Part shown: piece after piece, positions 12,700 through 25,332 of the stretch
Numbering within the stretch: the first letter of the stretch is position 1
How the letters are laid out: each line of letters begins with the position of its first letter
Source: Utricularia gibba
Taxonomy: Eukaryota > Plantae > Magnoliophyta
DNA: 64,000 nt
Assembly: GCA_002189035.1 (NCBI GenBank)
Contig: NEEC01000012.1
Coordinates: forward strand, 1,612,001-1,676,000
Direction: 5' to 3'
Position numbers and translations under genes: made by a program
Notes under the pieces: generated by a model
The model's input: only the letters and a program-made list of their open reading frames with translations
What the model was told of the DNA's origin: nothing
The model's database searches: none

Positions 12700-13400
12700 C
12701 GTTGGCTTATTTGATTGAATGAAGATCACATGTGTTGACAATGGCATGAAAAAGTACTCATAATGTTCAAGAAAGATGGAAAAACTTGTTTTAAGCACAT
12801 CATCAAGTGGATGCGAATTTGAAAAACTGGAACATAAATCAAGTTTAAAAATGTAAATTACCCCATGTAATTCATCAAGGAGATTATCAGCCAAAGGGAT
12901 TGGCAAACAATCATTTGGTGAGAAGTTATATGAGTGGTACAGTGCTTGACTTCAAATATATAACTCGGGTCAATTTATGGTGCGAGTAAAGTCCATGCCT
13001 CCAATTCATTGCATTTGACTCTTCAAGTGGTGACTGCTAACGATGGTTACTTTGAAGTCATTTCACAAGTCACAAAATAAATTACTGAAAAGCTTGATGT
13101 AGAAGAAGGATGAAAGCTAGTGATTTGGGAGTGGAGGTGCTCATAACAATCAATATAATCTACAAATGTTTCTGTTTGTAAGAGTTTCATGAACTCAATG
13201 AGAACTTGTATGGTATGCAAATCATCAAACTCTTAGGAAATCTGAAGAAAATTCCACCCAATTACATGATGAGTGAAGAGATTTGTAGCCCATCTAGCTA
13301 AGCATTTGCTGCCTCATAAAATGCAATACTAGAATCAGCCAACCAAGACCTCTCTTGAAGTGAGAGTAACAGATTGATTAGAGTTAGCAAATCGCTAATG
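12700..13400 (-). mobile_element. Degenerate Ty3/Gypsy remnant (gag and RT fragments)
   Basis: Minus-strand IPLADNLLDELHGVIYIFKLDL...DDVLKTSF...HYEY resembles the Gypsy RT start (PIPVIDELLDELHGA.YFSKLDL). IEFMKLLQTETFVDYIDCYEHL resembles retrotransposon gag. Confidence 0.7.
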
Positions 13401-13616
13401 GTTGAAATGAGCAAATGCAGCAAGGGACTAGGGTTAAAGCATTCTTAGGCTTTCTCTTGAGCAAATCGTTATTGGGTAATAGCATCCTTTTCATCCAAAA
13501 GTGCAGTCTTTAGGATTGGGGACTTCACAACATCACATGCAACGTTTTTATAAAGCGCAATTCACAGAGAGTTGCTACTAAGTGCAACAAAGTCAATGTT
13601 TTTCATACATTAGAAC

Positions 13617-16499
13617 TTATAAGGACCTGGAGGAGCCCAATCCAGCATAATCAGCAGCTGTGTAAGATTCAAACAACTCTCTGATTAACCCTTGTTTCCT
13701 TCTAGGATTGCAGCCCATATCTTTGCAGAGTTTGTCATTGTACCAAGTATGAAAACCCGCAATGCAAGCTCTCCTATACTCATTATTAATGGTATATTTC
13801 TTCATGCACTTTCCCCATTCTTCAATGTCATGTTCCATTTCCTTTATGCTAGGCAATGCAAATGCCCCATCCAGAAATGACACGAGCCATTTGGAGTTCA
13901 TTTCGAATGTGTAGATGTTGGAAAGAGACTCTGAATAGCCGATGACCGCCATTTGCGGGATGCACGGACGAATCATCTGTCTGCAACACACATCATAGAC
14001 TTGCTAGTGTTTCAGTGAGAAGTCCCATATACTACAAGCTCATGTTTATGTACAAGTACCTGTAGAGGGGCATCAGGGAAGTTGGAGACCGGCCGATGAC
14101 GATGTCTCGGATACTCGAGCGCGAAAACATGTTCCTGAGCTTCTCGTCTCCTTTGTATCCTGTTGCGAAGATGACAACATCTGCTACCAATGGATGCTCG
14201 TTTTGTTCATCGAATATCAAGCCCTCTTTACAAAAAGACATCCTCTGAGGCTTCTTGAACACAATGCTTCCCTCTTCCACCTTGTCGTAGAAGTCTGCTG
14301 GTACGATCATGACCTTACAAGTGGAACCATGGAGGACAAATGGTTCCTTTGGAACCATGTCGTACTTCTTCAATGGAAGCTTACACTTTAAATAGCTCTC
14401 CACAAACTTGGAAAACGCCCACCTCTACAAAAGGAGAGGAGAACATAAGTTGAACCTCTGTCATCCCTTATGCGGATCAAACTTTTAGCGTACCATGGGA
14501 CTCAGCAGTGTAGCCATCACACTGTAAAGCAGCCCTTCACGAGGCTTATGAATCAAGATCTCAGTCATGCGATTGAAAAGAAAAGGACCTATAGGAACTC
14601 CCCAGGGATACATGTCCGGCAGCATCCACGGAATAGTTCTCTGCACCATCGTGCACGGAAATTCATTTCCTGGAAGCCCAAAACCCTACCAACGCTCATT
14701 CAGAGTATCCCAACCTCAATCACTTTCAGACATATGCAATTCACCGACAAACACACTCACAGAGTTACCAATCCTCACCGTTTGCAAGTGCACACTCGTA
14801 AGCCACGTCGACGGCTGATTTATTACAGCCGATGACGACGACTCGCTTCCATTTGATGAGCTCCAATGCGGCAGCATTGTCCATTGCGGAGTAGTCCATG
14901 GAATGCAGGACTTGCCCGGAGAATATTTCAGGTCCGCAGCCATCGGCGAACTCTGGTGTATTCGGAAGGCCGCTGAATCGTCCGATGCAGAGGACCAGGA
15001 AGTCCGCTTCGAACTCCTGCCGCCAAATCCCAAATTTTTGTACAAAATCTTAAAATTAATAATTTTTTGTAATATTTTATAAGTTTTTTGGTAATTTTTT
15101 ATGAATAATCATTCAAATATATTTCGTTTCCATATTTACACGCTCGTTACATTACATCACCATATAACTATGTTTTGAAATCACTAAGTTAATCGATTGG
15201 GGGTACTTTGGTATATTCATATTACTTTAACCTAATTAAAATAACTCATTTCAATAGTAAATTAATTTCAAAAACCAAATCAATTAAATAACCTAACAAT
15301 AGCATTATAATTTACGATTCAGATTAAATGTTCAATTTTCGTTGTTCTTTCTTATTTAATTTAATTTCTCGTATCATGAGTCTATTTAAATATTTTTTTA
15401 TCTTATTGAAGGTAAGTTATTTGGATAATATTTTTGTATTGAAATCGATTATTTGGTTAGAAATATTGTTGATTAATATTTATCTACAAATTATATAAAT
15501 GTTACAAAAATTAAAATAATACATTTTTTAACTTGTTGAAGTCAAGTTTGACTAACATGAAGTAACCGTTCGATTTTAAATCATAACTACACGTAGTGTT
15601 CGATTGATGAGATTGAATGAGTTTAAAAGTATAATTATGAATTATAAGATGTTAATTTCATAGATTAAAATATATCTAGTATTCCATGGATTTTTTTTTA
15701 ATTTCATGTACATAGGGTTTATTTAAAACCATATACCCTTTTTTTTTACTTAATACTACTTAATCCCAATTGTAATCTCAATAACTATACGTTCTTTAAA
15801 AAATTAATCCGCCTATATCAACTATATTTAAATTCAAATAAATTAAACTATTTCTTTTTTATCTCATAACTGTTGTACCGTGTGTTCATTCAATATTATT
15901 ATTACTATTTTAGGTGATGACTAAACTATGGTTAAATTTCTTAGTTAAAGAATATAATATAGATTTAATTAATTGACTTTTAAATTTACGTATACTGATG
16001 GATTAAATAAAAAGGTTATCGGAAACGGTAAAAAGGAGGAGCGGTTAATAAAACGTACCTGGGTGGATTCAGATATGGTATCAAGAACCTGGAGCTTCCA
16101 CTTGCCTTTAGATCCAAATGCCTTCCCGCATCCTCCCCACAATTCCCATGCCTCCATTTCCTCTTCGCTTTCCCCCACGTAATCCACGCTCCTCACTTTG
16201 CTGTTGAACTTGATGTACCGCGCCAAATCGAAATGCTTGGCGTAGGAATTGAGATACTCGAGGACTTGATCCGCCGGAGGGAACATATCGTCGGTGTTGG
16301 GAGACGGCCAATCGAAATCGGAGAACCTGAAGTAGCGTTTACGGTTCTGGAGCCGAGTTGTTTCCATCGTGTGATTCCATACCCCGCCGACTTGCCCCGC
16401 GGCTTCGAATACCACCGGATTGAAGCCAGCGGCGGCGGCGTGCTTGCAGGCCAGGAGGCCGGCCATTCCGGCGCCGACGATCGCAACTCTCTTCTCCAT
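13617..16499 (-). CDS. FMO1: Flavin-containing monooxygenase, FMO1-like clade, copy 2 (intact, about 527 aa)
   Basis: Exons 16499-16059, 15016-14779, 14669-14494, 14424-14060, 13980-13617; 1584 nt in frame. Motifs [32 protein letters not shown]. Confidence 0.95.
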
Positions 16500-16904
16500 T
16501 GTGACTGCTTATGGCGTGAAGTTGCTTGATTGGGATTTGGGGAAAATGGAAACCTCCGTATAATCTATTTTTAGGAAACACGGGGAATGAATCATGTCGG
16601 CCAAGAAGTCCACACAGCACTGTGGTGACAGCCAACCATATTTTTGAAGGTCGAAAATGATTAATTGGATTGAAATTATTTAAATAATATAAAAACCTAA
16701 AAAATAATAAACAACTAATTCCATTTACGGAACAGAGCAAGGCTTCCGGCCCCAACGACTTAAATGTATGGGCTACTCATTGTGGCCTGCTTCTACGAGG
16801 CCCAGATTGAAGGAACGAATACATGTTGCCTGAGTTCGTCGCATTAGGGAAACAAGTCTGTGATTCCTTTGCGCTGATGGGGTGAAGCCAATTGAGACGA
16901 TCTA
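16500..16904. promoter_or_regulatory. Short divergent promoter between FMO copy 2 and the truncated MIP3
   Basis: 405 bp between opposed ATGs, with several site II-like GGCCCA/TGGGCT motifs; paralogous to 28166-28544. Confidence 0.55.
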
Positions 16905-17617
16905 ATGGCGACGGTTGATTTAATCAAATGCTGTTTAGAATCTATTCGACAGGTGAGTTGAGATTTTTTTTTTTTTTTTTTGTTTTGGTTTGCTTTTTCC
17001 TGTGTGTGGTTATTTGCTTTCTGTTTTCCCCTTTCTCTCTGGTAATGTTGTTCGTTTTTTTTTTCTGTTTCCTCGGGTTTGCAGATATCGGATCACATTG
17101 ATGACGCAGTAATTTATTTAGATGCGGGAAGTACGGAAGCTTTCCAAATAATTGGGGCTTACCCTTTGTTTCTGGAGCTTGGTGCTCGAGCTGTTGCTAG
17201 CTTAAAGAGCATGTTGGCTCTTGATAAAGTGAAACATTTATGGTGCCATTTGATTCATTGATTTTGTTTTTATTTTGTAACTTTTATGTGAGCTTTAGTG
17301 ACGCTTTGGCTGAAAATTTTTCATCTCTTGCATTGTTTCCTGTGATTTCTTATGGTTGGTGCCATTTGATTCATTGATTATTTTGTAACTTTTATGTGAG
17401 CTTTAGTGACGCTTTGGCTGAAAATTGTTAATCTCTTGCATTGTTTCCTGTGATTTCTTATGGCTGTTGCCCTCTAGGTGGTTGGTTGGGGAAGCAATCC
17501 TGGTCACGTGACGAAAATCGTTGTGTTCACATCACGCTTTCCGAGTGATGCACATAGATATATTTTATGATGTCTGAATATGCTTCAAATTGTTATAAAT
17601 GGTTTCAGAGGTGTGCA
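16905..17617 (+). pseudogene. MIP3: Truncated duplicate of MIP3 (exons 1-3 only)
   Basis: Near-identical to 28545-29147. Exons 16905-16952, 17085-17228, 17478-about 17610. Premature TGA at 17568-17570 (CGC in the full copy) and a 17-nt deletion. Homology stops at the exon 3 donor, followed by retroelement DNA. Confidence 0.9.
17241..17463 (+). repeat. ~115-bp tandem duplication in intron 2 of the MIP3 pseudogene
   Basis: TGGTGCCATTTGATTCATTGATT...GTGATTTCTTATGG is present twice here and once in the full gene. Confidence 0.9.
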
Positions 17618-17699
17618 ATTGGTGTGAGAGTGGTAGGAATTACAATTTATACCAAACCCCATAGCTTTTCATTAATTTATCCATAGTTTTATTGAAAAA

Positions 17700-19560
17700 A
17701 TGATTTCTACATTCATTGATCAAGGGTTTTGGTGTTCCAAACCTCACAAAGATGTATTCTTAAAAAATTATATGACTGAATAAACGTATTGAGAATTGAT
17801 GGGTATCGCCTCCATCTATTTTTAAACACATTACACTACTATCAAAATGTATTCATAATCATCATAGTTTGGAAAGGGGTCTATGAAGTTAGTGACCCAC
17901 ACATCGAACACTTCTTGAACAATAATTGACTTCATTGGCATTTCATTGCGGTTTGATGTTTCTTGTTTGATTGCAGTTTTCACAACTCTTACAATAAGAC
18001 TTGACATACTTCAAAACTGTTGGTCAATAATAACCACAATCCAATACTTTCTTTGCTATATGGTTAGGACTATGATACTTTTAAGTGTTATTTTCTAATT
18101 ATTATTGTATATTAATTTAGTATTAAGTTGTTCAAATTAAGAATTAGATTAATAAGTGTTCTATTTTCTTAAAAAAAAAATCTTATTTTTCTATTTTGTA
18201 TATATTTTCGTTATCTTTTTCATGCACTTTGACTGAAATGTGGTAGGAGACACGTGGAGTGTTGCAGGATGCTTGCAGCAGACAAGACATTGACATTTCG
18301 TGCCTTGCACACGACTTGGAATAATTGTGAATGGAATACTGACACTAATCAAGTCCCCCGACTTATAGCATGTTAGAGTCTACAACAATGATTCGATGCT
18401 TATTTGCATGCATGAGAAAGCTGGTGGTGCACGCAAGACAGAAAAAATGATGGAAAGGGGACCAAAAAGAGTTAATGCACGTGAGAAATGATATAAAATT
18501 AACTTGAAACACTATTTTCGTACTTTTGAACATTGGACTTTTGACACTTACTTTTTGCTCATAGAATTTTTGATTCTTCCTCTCCTCCAAGAGAGTAAGA
18601 ACATTTTAGCTTTCCATTTCATTTTCTGTTTTGATGGCTCTTTATAGCTAAACTCTTTTAGTTTATGTGAGTAGATGAAGTTCCCTTCAAAATTTTGAGC
18701 ACAATTCTTGGTTCTTTATTTAAATTCTTCTGGATTTTGCATACTTTCACGCGTCTTGTTGCAGTCTTTCTGTAACGTCTCCTAGTCAAAGTTCATGAGT
18801 AGTAGGCCACTGCTCATGGATTTTGATGAAGAGTAAAGTGAAGAGCACCATCTCCAACCCTACCGGTTTGAGAGAAATAGTGAATTGTTTGTGATTGAGG
18901 TACCGCAACAATGGACAGATAGTGACCTCGAAATTGCCATTGATCATTGGCAACATCCGGGCACATGCGTAAAATTTGATTTTTGAAGGCAATTGACAGC
19001 AATCCTCTTGTTTTCTCAATCTTCCAAGGGGGAATCACATGAAGCTATTCTCATGCCTCCTTGTCAATTAGAGTGTAAGGGAGAGTAGACTATTCATTAC
19101 TTCTATAACTCCTATAACCAGCTATTCGGAAAGAATCAGTGAAAGCCAAGGTAAAGATGGACAGAAGAAAGAAACGGAATCCATTTCCTAGGAACGACAA
19201 CCCTTAGTCAAGGTCTATTACTTGCATTGTAACTTTCATTTCCTTACTTCAAAAACCTCCTTTTTACAAACTCGTGATAATTTGTAAAAGTCTGCTATAA
19301 AACACTTTTCAAAAAACTTAAATCCCTGAGATTCACACTCATACTAGGGTCTTTTGTGTTTTACGTTTTTCATATATAAAATTTGTTAAGGAAATGACAC
19401 GCAACAGATACCCTCCACAAGGAGACGTATGACAAAAAGCCAGTACTTGGTGAATGTCATCTTTAGCCAAGCATCATCGTGCAACACCATCATTACCATT
19501 TTTCCACAAATAAGGGTTATTCATGAATAATAGGCGAATGTCCTTAGTGTTGGGCACGAA
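17700..19560 (-). mobile_element. Athila-type Gypsy integrase remnant, interrupted by a solo LTR
   Basis: Joining the flanks gives CLAKDDIHQVLAFCHTSPCGGYHSPNHIAKKVLDCGYY*PTVLKYVKSYCKSCENC...VFDVWVTNFIDPFP, matching the integrase HHCC zinc finger and core start. Confidence 0.8.
18079..19406 (+). mobile_element. Solo LTR, about 1.33 kb
   Basis: TSD GATAC at 18074-18078 and 19407-19411. The 3' end is ...GACACGCAACA; the 5' end is TT rather than TG. Removing it restores the host integrase frame. Confidence 0.75.
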
Positions 19561-21550
19561 TTGTGCCCAACTAGTTGTGGGCAAGGCCCAACAAATTTGT
19601 TAATCCAACATGTACAACCTATAGGCCAAATTTTCGTTTGGATTCATAAGTGGGTTGGTCCCATGGGTTTTAATTAAACCCAACCCAACCTGTGGCCTGA
19701 AGACCAATTAATGGGTTCACGATGGATGACCCAATATTTTAAAAAATATTTTTAAATTTATATTTTTAGTTTTAACTCAAATTATATTAAATATTTAAAT
19801 CCTAATAATTATAAAGTAATATTTTTATAAAATATATAAAAATAGGACTATGACTCTCATTTTATTAATTTATCCTCACTTTTGACTGAATAATACCATA
19901 ATACAAATGTTTGAAAATAAAAATAAAAACATAAAAAACTCCTAATACCATGTACTATTCGTCTTCTTCATATTCCTCTTCAGAACTTGATGCATAATAT
20001 TGTAATTTATTCTTCCTCCTTGCCACATCATTTCAATTTTTCAAACATATACATGCCTTCAATGTGTCAAGAACAAATTTTGATCTTTTCTTAATAAGCA
20101 TTCTCCCACTAGCACTAAATGCACGGTTGAAATTGGAGTACATCTTTGGCCATCTTAACCAAGATTGGAAAATTTATAACATTGCTTTTCCACCATATTA
20201 GTAAATCAAACGAATCATCATCATTACCTTCAACAATAGGCGCATTGTTGTAAAAAATATATTCTCCATGTGAACTAGAGAATTGGGAGGATGAACTACA
20301 TTTGCTACGAACTAAAGTAATAGGATGAATAACAAAAGAGCATGAAGAAAAAGATGAAGGAATAAAAACATTTACCATAGACATATTTGATGCACCATGC
20401 TCAATTTCATGTAATGAAAACATAGCTTGAATATTCAAAATTGCTTACCTATTCATTTTAAGAACATCAATAAAAACACATAAAGTAGAGTTTTCTATCT
20501 TTTTTCCTTTAATCTAGAATCCAAACTAGTTGCAACAAGATATAATTGAAGAATTTTATCATAATATTTTCAATTTTTTTTTTGCATATCACCTATTATA
20601 CTATCAAATGGAGGCTCCCGAGAGCACTTATAAAAAACATACGAAATGCGAACAACTCCTTGAAGAATTAAATGTATAGTAAGAAAATATGAAGTGCTTA
20701 GCAAATTAGTACAAGAATATATTCTACCAGATCGACCTTTTACCATTACCTGCAACACCAGAAGAATTAGAATCCGTAGTTTTAGAATCAACTTGTAAGT
20801 CTTCATCTGAGTCCAAGTCATCCAAATCTATGTCATTATTATCAATGGATTGTTTGAGGAATGAAAAAGATCATATTCCATCCATATCGAAATCTGAAAA
20901 ATAAAAAAAACTCATATTTACATATTCTTAATACTTAATTGAAGACTCATATTAATAAATTGAAGATTTTAAAAAAATCAAGCTAGATATAATCAAACAA
21001 AATCCATGATACAGATTCAGTATATATCAACAAAACGTGAAATTATGTAAATACTTAAAAAAAGAAAAAATATAAATAAAATTAAAAAAATTCCAACTTC
21101 AGATGGATCAAAAATATGCAAACAATGGTGAAAATGAATCAAAATTATGTGGCTATTGTTAGATTGCGATCAAAATATCCTTTTGAATCTAAACAATATG
21201 GCTAGGGTTGAATGGTGATTCCAAAATTCAAAATATTCTGTTTTGATATGTGTTAAATTGGGTTTTGAATTTTGGATCAAAAAAGAATTATCCATAGAAT
21301 TATTTTGGATTGATGTGTCAACTCGTGGCTCAACGGGTTTGTTCTTATATGTGTTAAAATTGGTTTTGAATTTTGGACTGAAACAAATTATCCACCAAAG
21401 AATTATTTTGGACTGATGTGTCAATTTGTGGTCCAATGGGTCTGACCCGTTAGGGTCATGGTTGATTTGGCTCAATCCATCAACTTTCTAAGACAGGTTG
21501 ACCCATGGACTAGACTCATTCATATGGGTACAAAAAGATTAGTAAACCTA
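19550..21550 (-). mobile_element. Degenerate hAT transposon remnant
   Basis: hAT C-terminal dimerisation domain FDLLIWWKSNVINFPILVKMAKDVL...AFSASGRML...LKACICL at about 20000-20230. GGGTTG/CAACCC-rich subterminal motifs and a ~105-bp duplication at 21245-21445. Boundaries are approximate. Confidence 0.7.
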
Positions 21551-21589
21551 GTAATGAGGCTCGCAAAACCAATTTTAACATGACTTAGA

Positions 21590-24236
21590 GGAATGATAAT
21601 GATGAAATGATTGTCACCATGCTTGGTTATTTAAATCTAATCGAGACCAGTAGTGACCGGATTACGGAATCAAGAGCAAACTGTCATATTTATTCAAGGA
21701 ATGAGTATTTCTCCTTCTATAGTCCATTTGGGGGTGACAATCATATGATCAAGTTTGCTGACAAGTCTACTACACCAGTGCTTGAAATGGGAGAAGTCTC
21801 TAAAATTTACCTCAATAAAGACTGCCCTTTTGAAGAATGTGTTGCATGCTCCTACCATAAATACCAATGTCATCTCAGCCATCCAGATGGATAAATGTGA
21901 CCTAAATATCTACTTAGGCAATGGGGCTATTGTGATGATGAAAAACAATGTCTTTGTTAGGAAAAGAAACATCGGTAGTCAAGAGTTGTATGTGATGAAT
22001 GCTTCTGTTATTTTTTAGAATCAAATTGATTCTGCTTACATGATGTGTTCTTTTGATATCTAACATGTTAGACTAGGTCATACTAACTATGTCTACATGA
22101 AAAGTATGCAACAATTAGATTTAATTTCGAAATTACTTGACTTATCTGCTAAGTGTGAAACTTGTATAAAGGCAAAAATAATTAAAAAATCATGTTTTTT
22201 TGAGTAAAGAATCTGAATTGCTTGCATTGATTTATTTGGATGAGATACCTCAAAGGAACAACTGACTATGACATTCAATATCATAAAAAACCCATTGTAT
22301 TGGAGGGATACAATGATGATAGTTGGGTATATGGGACAGAAGAGCCAAAGACCATAAGTGGAGTGATTTTTACATTGGGTAGAGGAGCTGTATCTTGGAA
22401 ATCCACTAAAAAAACCTTGATATCTAAATCATTAATGGAAGTTGAGTTCATTACATTAGATCTAATAAGAATTGAGGTCGATTGGTTGAGAAACTATGTG
22501 ATGAGAATCCCTCTTAAGCAACACGGATCCTTCTGAGTGTTGCTGCATTGTGATTGCCAAGCATTGATTGTCACTGTTAAGAATCGATCCTACAATGGAA
22601 GAAATATACACATGCAACTAAGGCATGGAATATTGAGATTGTTGTTAAGAACCGGTGTGATATCCATTGTGATGGGGTACAAATCGGATATGGTTAATCG
22701 GTCCCTGAAAAGCTGCCAAAAGGAACTGTGATGGGATAGTGTTGGCTGATAGACCGATATGTGTTAGAGACACAGTCTGAAAAGTGGTCGAATTACGGCA
22801 GAGCAGGCAACGATTTTCTGAAAAGCAGGATCGCAGTACAGGTGCAGAAAGCAACTGACAATTAAAGAATTCAGGATTCGATCAGATCGATCTCTCCTAT
22901 AAATAGGATAAATTCTGAAGAGAAAAGGGTTGGACCCTTAGCCCACTAACGTGTATTCCCTCTCTTCCATCGTCTAGTGAAGGTTATTCTCTGGTGAGCT
23001 CTGACAGCTCTGTAGTTTTTTTGTCTTCCGGCGGTTTCCACGTAAAAATCTTGTCTTTTCGAACTCTTTATAGCATACGACCCTAAACCGGGTATGCTGC
23101 ATCCAGCTACACCCATAACTTGAAAATCGCCCCAATCCTGATATCGATTTTCACCCTCAACACATTGAATACATGAGAATGTTAGTGAATTTGACCAATC
23201 CACTAGCCAAACCTCTCAATAGAGAGAGAATCTGTGAGCTTTTGAGGGGAATGAGACCAATGCCGTTAAGCAAACGACAATGATGATAACCTAACATGTG
23301 AGAAGAGAAACACTTTGATCAGGTTCATATGGGTAATAATAACTCACTGCTAGTTTTGAGAACACAAATCTAGGCAAGTGGTCATTTTTATGAAATATGT
23401 GTTCTACCTGCAAAATGAAGGATTAGTATTTACTCTTAATATCTCTGTAGTTGATTAAATTCGTAACACATATAAGTAGAGTGTGTTAGATAGAGGCACC
23501 TTTATAAGTGTGGAGGATAGCCGCTCCTATGAAATATATGAGATCTATAGAGCACTTATGAATCAACAGAAGTTGTATCGAGCTTATGGGTGTACTTGAG
23601 AGTTAAACAGTTGATAATTGTGGGGGTGGGGTTAATGTGATTGACTATACCTCTATATCACATAATAGAATTTGATTCATAGAAATACAATTTCACCATC
23701 TACTTAGTTATATATGTATAGTGTAATCAAGAGATTGATTCATAATCAAAAGATATCATTCTCTAGACATTAGAGATTGATGGCCTAGCTCTTCTCCAAT
23801 ATGTGAGGGGATTGTTGGAATTTCTAGTATTGAAAAAGAACTTACTATCCTACATTGCTAGTTGAAAAGAAGTTCAATTTCTTTATATAGAATACCAACC
23901 CATTAACTTTGATTGGGTTTGAGAGTGAGCTTGACTTCTTATGCATATAGAGTTCTAATTTATTAGATTGAGTTGGGCTTTCGGAGAGCCTAGAAACCCA
24001 AAAAGGTTACGTGTAGGAGGGGGGGGGGGGGGGGGGTGGGGGGTTACAAACCAGCCTCAAAAGTCTCTTGTGTGTGTGTATGGACCAAACTCACGTTTTG
24101 TTTCATTTTGTCTTGAGCCCATTAGGGTTAGGATTAGACGTATATATTTGATTGATTTCTGATATGGAGAATGTAGTTCTCGAAAAGTCTCTTGAATCTT
24201 AGGGGATCAAGAAATCCTCTAGTATTACGTTTCAAA
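21590..24236 (+). mobile_element. Internally deleted Ty1/Copia remnant with PPT and probable 3' LTR (23813-24236)
   Basis: HVRLGHTNY (GAG-pre-integrase) and RYLKGTTDY...GYNDDSW...SGVIFTLGRGAVSWKSTKKT (RT/RNase H). Purine tract GAGGGGAT is followed by TGTTGG at 23813; the LTR ends ...GTTTCA. Confidence 0.75.
22670..23162 (+). mobile_element. Solo LTR, 493 bp
   Basis: TG...CA ends, TSD CATTG at 22665-22669 and 23163-23167, internal CTATAAATA. The empty site reads GVISIEYMRMLVNLTNPLAKPL (Copia RNase H end). Confidence 0.9.
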
Positions 24237-24284
24237 TGCCTGAGATTTTGATCTTTTCTCTTCTTCGTATTTGGTTTTCAATAG

Positions 24285-25290
24285 AAGGCTAGTGATTTGT
24301 GAGTGGAGGTGCTCATAAAAATCAATATAATGACGAATGTCTCTATTTGTGTTTAGCAAATATGGAGAAAATTCCTCTCAATTAGGTGATAAGTGACCAG
24401 ATTTGTCGCCCATCTAGCTATGCATTTGCTTCCCCATAAAATGCAATACTCTTATAAGCCAACCAAGAAAATCATGCAATTCAGGATATAAGTTGAAAGC
24501 ATTGATTAATCTTGTGAAGTCAAATTTGAGGGTTGGTTGTATCAAACATAGGAAGGTTCTATGTTAGGTCTATGCTAGTGAGTTGAGGAAAGGAATATTG
24601 TCTGAGGGAGAGGTCAGTGATCCTAGCATGGAACGAGAGAGCAAAGAAACTTCATGAGAGAAATTACTAAAACGAAACAACTCCTTACAAAAGACCTCTC
24701 TTGAAATGAAATTAACACCTTGAATAGAGTTAGCAAATTGCTGTTTGTGTTGTTTTCGAAAAGCTAATTGGAAGAGAGATTGAAATTCTTTTGCTTGAGC
24801 TTGATGTGATATTTATGTCTAAGTGTCCATAAGTAAATGTTGATATTCTTCTAAAATTGTTAGATGAGTTTGTTGAGTTTCAAAGGAATTAAATAGGTTC
24901 AATTATGAGGTAAGGAGTTGTTTTAGTTGGTGTTTAACCTTATCATCGTTAGAATGAGGAACCAAACCAACAAAATGAGATAGGTATTCACGAGAGTGGG
25001 TTTCTTCCTAGGGGAGAGAACATATTTTGTCTTCATTCATGATCACTCTTTCCGAGCACCCAATACTTGCTATGATATCAAATATTATGGTAGCAAGAAA
25101 TGAAGGAGATGAAGTGAGAAATTAAGGAGTAAAATGTAGAAAAGAGCAAATATTTGAAATTCAACCTTGTCATAAGTCATGCAAATATGGTTTATATCCA
25201 TTAGCCAATGGCTAACTTACAAAAGGGGAATTAGGGAGTCATATCACCTAATGATTTAAATGAGTAAAACACAAAATATACAGAGATTTG
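24285..25290 (-). mobile_element. Degenerate Gypsy remnant directly 3' of FMO copy 3, paralogous to 13115-13400
   Basis: Aligns by eye with 13115-13400 apart from a ~225-bp indel. PBS-like TGATATCATAGC on the minus strand at about 25070-25081. Confidence 0.55.
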
Positions 25291-25332
25291 CTACTGAGTA
25301 TAACAAACTCGATGTTTGTCATACCTTAGAAC

